Shown here piece by piece: positions 60,609 through 64,000 of a stretch of 64,000 nt of DNA. The notes under the pieces are model-generated. The model was given only the letters and a program-made list of their open reading frames with translations, did not search any database and was not told where the DNA came from. Source of the DNA: Pelagomonas calceolata (lineage: Eukaryota); assembly GCA_918797485.1 (NCBI GenBank), contig CAKKNE010000003.1, forward strand, positions 2,790,001 to 2,854,000. The letters are read 5' to 3'. Positions within the stretch are counted from its first letter, which is position 1, and every line of letters begins with the position of its first letter. Both the position numbers and the translations under genes were made by a program.

Positions 60609-60633
60609 AGCTAGCGGCTGTAAGACACTAGCT
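60609..60633. promoter_or_regulatory. CTAG-box intergenic motif (consensus copy)
   Basis: agctagcggctgtaagacactagct, 29 nt after the upstream stop codon. Confidence 0.78.
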
Positions 60634-60816
60634 TCCCAGGGAGAGAGGAGCCGACGCTTAACTCTAGGCAGGAGTGCGGCTGGGCGCATAGAGAGCCGTC
60701 AAACCGTTTCTCGCATCGATCCAACCGCGTCGACGAGCTGTGCTGAATCGGCGCGCACGCAGTCGCACAGTAAAGCTGCATCACTGACAGCACACAAAAG
60801 CAAGACAAAAGCACAA

Positions 60817-62754
60817 ATGGGTGCGGGAGTGAGCGGCAACCAAGGCAAACCATCCATCCTCGCGGGCGCCGGTCGCGGCCGCGCCTTCGATGCCGAGACC
60901 GACGCGGCCGCGCTGCGGCTCCTCGAAGAACAGAAACATGTGTTCGCCGACTGGTCATCAGTACGACAGAGCTTAGAAAATGGTGCAATCATACAAGGCC
61001 GCGACCGCAACATCCTGGACGCACTCGTGGAGCTCGACGCGCGCCTCGACTTAACAGCATACACGACGACCGCGAAGCGATTACTACAGGACGCGACGAA
61101 CAAAGTAAATCCCTTAGAAGGCTGGACGCCGTCCGTGCCGCAAGGCGATCTGCTAGAAGCCCATTCCGAAGAGTGGCGAGCCATGGAGCGTGTCGGTTTG
61201 CGCGAAGTCGGTGCGTGCGCGTTTGTGCTAGTTGCTGGTGGGTTAGGTGAAAGACTAGGCTACGACGGCATCAAGGTTTCTCTACCAGCGGAAAGCACGA
61301 CGGGGACGTGTTATCTGGAGTTGTACATCAAGACGATCCTCGCGTTCGAGCGTAGAAGTGCCACTACTCAACTACCTTTATGTTTGATGCTCTCCAAGGA
61401 CACGGAAGCCGCGACGCGCGCTCTACTAAAAGAGCATAACAACTTCGGCATGCGTGCCGACCAGATTTCGTTCGTGGTCCAGGCGGGCGTGCCGGCGCTT
61501 AGCGACGACAAGGCTCGTTTCGTGTTAGATCATGACAATATACTGTGCAAGCCCCACGGCCACGGCGACGTCCATTCGCTACTAGCACAGAGTGGCTTAC
61601 CGAAGAAATGGCTCGACCGAGGGTTGAAACGCGTGTTTTTTTTCCAGGACACGAACGCGTTTGCCCTTCGAACACTACTCCCAGCTCTCGGTAGCGCCGC
61701 GTCGCGAAACTTAGATGTATGTTCTACATGTGTTGAAAGGAGAGCGGGCGAGGCCATGGGCGCCTTATGTCTCCTCAAGAAAGATAATAAGTCACTGTTG
61801 AAAAACGTGGAATACAACCAGTTGGAGCCGTTGCTCCTCGCAGCGACGGGCAAGGGCGACGTCGAGACTCCATCACCGTACCCGGGCAACACGAACCAGC
61901 TCATCATCTCATTACAAGGTGAGCACGGCTACGTTGCTACCTTAGAAAGGACGGGCGGTAATGTACCAGAATTTGTGAACCCGAAATTCAACGCAAATAG
62001 AACCTTCAAGAAGCCCGCTCGTTTAGAATGCATGATGCAGGACTACCCTCAGTTACTACAAGGTGGTTCGGTGGGCTTCGTTACTTTATCCCGGAAAGCT
62101 GTGCGCGAGTACGCCCCGGTCAAGAACTCTCCGGCAAGTGCGATCGATAAAGTGAAGCAGGGGCTGGACGCGCACTGCGCTTCTTCGGGTGAGGCCGACT
62201 TCTACGCGCTTCACGGCGATTTTTTGCGTTGCGGTCGCGACGTCGTGATTGGTGGCAAAGAACCTGGCGTATACCGAGGTCTATCTATCGAAATGCCGCC
62301 GCGCATTGTTCTCTCTCCCTCGTTCGCTTTGATTGAGGATGATGTCATCAGTAAAGTAAAGGGCGTCACTGTGAAACAAGGAGCTACTCTAGTGATCGAG
62401 GGCGAAGGCTCGGTCGAGCTCGAGGATGTTATAGTAGAGGAGGGTTCTGCATTGCGCATTTCTACTGGTGAAGGGGTGGTGCTGCGCGTGCTGGGTTTGA
62501 AAGTTGCGAACGCCGGGTATCGGGTCGAGGCTCCGGGTGTTACAAAAGCGGAGGTGATCCGAGGCTTCCGCATTGTGAGAAGGGACGAGACTCATCTGAA
62601 ATTTGAGGAGCCGGGGTCCTACGCCGTCGCGCCTTTGGATTTGAGTAGTGACGACGAGGACGAAGACGACGCGTCGCGCCTTCCTCTAATACTCGGCGCG
62701 GCGGCGGTGGCGGTTTTGGCTGTTCTGTTGATGCGGTATCGTAGGATAAGTTAG
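60817..62754 (+). CDS. USP: UDP-sugar pyrophosphorylase
   Basis: FVLVAGGLGERLGY.GIK, KPHGHGDVH, FFQDTN, NVEYNQL, PGNTN, EFVNPK, RLECMMQD, PVKN. Confidence 0.92.
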   Translation: MGAGVSGNQGKPSILAGAGRGRAFDAETDAAALRLLEEQKHVFADWSSVRQSLENGAIIQGRDRNILDALVELDARLDLTAYTTTAKRLLQDATNKVNPLEGWTPSVPQGDLLEAHSEEWRAMERVGLREVGACAFVLVAGGLGERLGYDGIKVSLPAESTTGTCYLELYIKTILAFERRSATTQLPLCLMLSKDTEAATRALLKEHNNFGMRADQISFVVQAGVPALSDDKARFVLDHDNILCKPHGHGDVHSLLAQSGLPKKWLDRGLKRVFFFQDTNAFALRTLLPALGSAASRNLDVCSTCVERRAGEAMGALCLLKKDNKSLLKNVEYNQLEPLLLAATGKGDVETPSPYPGNTNQLIISLQGEHGYVATLERTGGNVPEFVNPKFNANRTFKKPARLECMMQDYPQLLQGGSVGFVTLSRKAVREYAPVKNSPASAIDKVKQGLDAHCASSGEADFYALHGDFLRCGRDVVIGGKEPGVYRGLSIEMPPRIVLSPSFALIEDDVISKVKGVTVKQGATLVIEGEGSVELEDVIVEEGSALRISTGEGVVLRVLGLKVANAGYRVEAPGVTKAEVIRGFRIVRRDETHLKFEEPGSYAVAPLDLSSDDEDEDDASRLPLILGAAAVAVLAVLLMRYRRIS

Positions 62755-62865
62755 ACTTACATTAGACTTGCGCGAATCGCGGCAGTATATATGAACAGGA
62801 CATGTACAGGTGGTCGTATGCGTCAATATGTGCAGGGGTATGGACAGGGCATCAAGACCAGAGAA

Positions 62866-63450
62866 TCACTCCGCGATCTCGGGCGACGCCGCGGAGTTGT
62901 CGGCGGCGACCTGCTCGATGAAGGGCAGGAACTTCCCGTTGAACGTGATGACGACCCGCTTCTCGCCCATCTTGCCGACGGTCCCGCCCACCGTCATGTA
63001 GAAGTCGATGGCCGACATGATGCCGTCGCCGAACTTCTCGTTGATCAGCAGCTTGATGGCGTTGCCGTAGTGCGTGATGGCCTCGTACGTCCGGTAGACG
63101 TTCGGTTCCTTGAGGATTTCCGGGTCCCAGCCGCGGAAGGGCGCCTTGCTGATGGTCTCGAGGTCGGCGGCGGAGATGCCGGGCACGGCCTTCTTGAGCT
63201 TGGGCAGCGTCTCCGGTTTCAATTGGGCCTGTCCTAACAAAAGTTGCGTCGTGTACGTGTTCGTGAAACCCAGCTCGTCGGCGATCTGGTCGAAGGTCTT
63301 GCCCGACTTCTCCTTGGCGCTCAAGAGGCGATCAGCCAAGTCGCCGATGGGCGGCTCGGCCATCAGACGCGTACTACGGATGGCCGCACGTGGCGCCAGC
63401 AGTGCGGCGACGGACGTGAACATCAGGGAGAGCGAGAAGAGGGGGGCCAT
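62866..63450 (-). CDS. cynS: Cyanate lyase (cyanase) with a bipartite plastid-targeting-like leader
   Basis: EPNVYRTYEA..YG.AIK..INEKFGDGIMSAIDF..RVVITFNGKFLP. Confidence 0.95.
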   Translation of the reverse strand: MAPLFSLSLMFTSVAALLAPRAAIRSTRLMAEPPIGDLADRLLSAKEKSGKTFDQIADELGFTNTYTTQLLLGQAQLKPETLPKLKKAVPGISAADLETISKAPFRGWDPEILKEPNVYRTYEAITHYGNAIKLLINEKFGDGIMSAIDFYMTVGGTVGKMGEKRVVITFNGKFLPFIEQVAADNSAASPEIAE

Positions 63451-64000
63451 TTTCACTATATGTGCTGCTGCTGTGTGCAAGGGTTACGTACAAAGGGCTA
63501 TGCGACAGGAGTTTGGGCGTGTGGAACAATTGCACGGAGAGCGGCACTTGTGACAGCGATTTCGGGTTTTTCGTTGCACCACCGCCTCATCGCATACCGG
63601 CCCGCCCTCGGACGCATCGTAGATGCCCCGGGACGACTGGGCGTTTGCTTCGAATCGGCGCTTTCATGGCTGGGCCATCTCTTGGCTTGGCAAAAGAGGA
63701 TAAAGCCGCTCCGCCCGCGGCGTCGACGCAGCCCTCGGCACGAACGAAGCGGCAGCCCCAGCAAACGGGCTGCCCCGGCACCAGTCATGGGGCTCCGCCT
63801 CCTCGCGGCAGCCCTCCTCACGGCCACAGCGCACGCGGCCTGCGAAGTATGCATGAAATACCTGGACGAGACCTGGGCGAACCGCAGCAAGTACCCATGC
63901 AATCAAACGTGGGCGGAGGCGCAAGGTTACGATGATTGTTCTCCACAAACATTAAGCTTTGAACAGGGAATGTACCTCGAAAGGACGTGCTCGGAGAACG

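Noticed and set aside
4250..60633. CTAG-box copies as CRISPR repeats or bacterial REP elements
   Set aside because: Copies are kilobases apart, variable, single per interval and in a eukaryotic context with no cas genes
63462..64000. Short ORFs upstream of cyanase
   Set aside because: No recognisable protein features; probably promoter or intergenic DNA

Overview
Eukaryotic, GC-rich, very gene-dense nuclear DNA with about 42 protein genes in 64 kb, mostly single-exon. The organism is inferred to be a pelagophyte alga (Pelagomonas/Aureococcus-like) from bipartite plastid-targeting leaders, introner-type introns and an expanded MYND-RING-TPR family. Recognisable genes include a vanadium haloperoxidase-like C-terminus, an RBBP9 hydrolase, ATG16-like, CRTISO-like, a HECT E3, a USP deubiquitinase, a Gfo/Idh/MocA oxidoreductase, PTEN-like, an AGC kinase, COA7, SPFH, MgtC, NEMP, GBP, RPL38, HemK, a PAPS transporter, a glycosyltransferase, UDP-sugar pyrophosphorylase and cyanase. 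Two non-coding systems stand out. (1) A ~24-bp quasi-palindrome (consensus AGCTAGCGGCTGTAAGACACTAGC; CTAG-N9-15-CTAG) occurs once in most promoter-containing intergenic regions (18 clear and 2 degenerate copies). It was not seen in convergent intervals, so it is a candidate general promoter/boundary element. (2) Three introner DNA transposons with shared 13-15-bp TIRs and 8-bp target-site duplications can be spliced out precisely as introns. No rRNA, tRNA or CRISPR array was seen. All calls are by eye; no database search was run.
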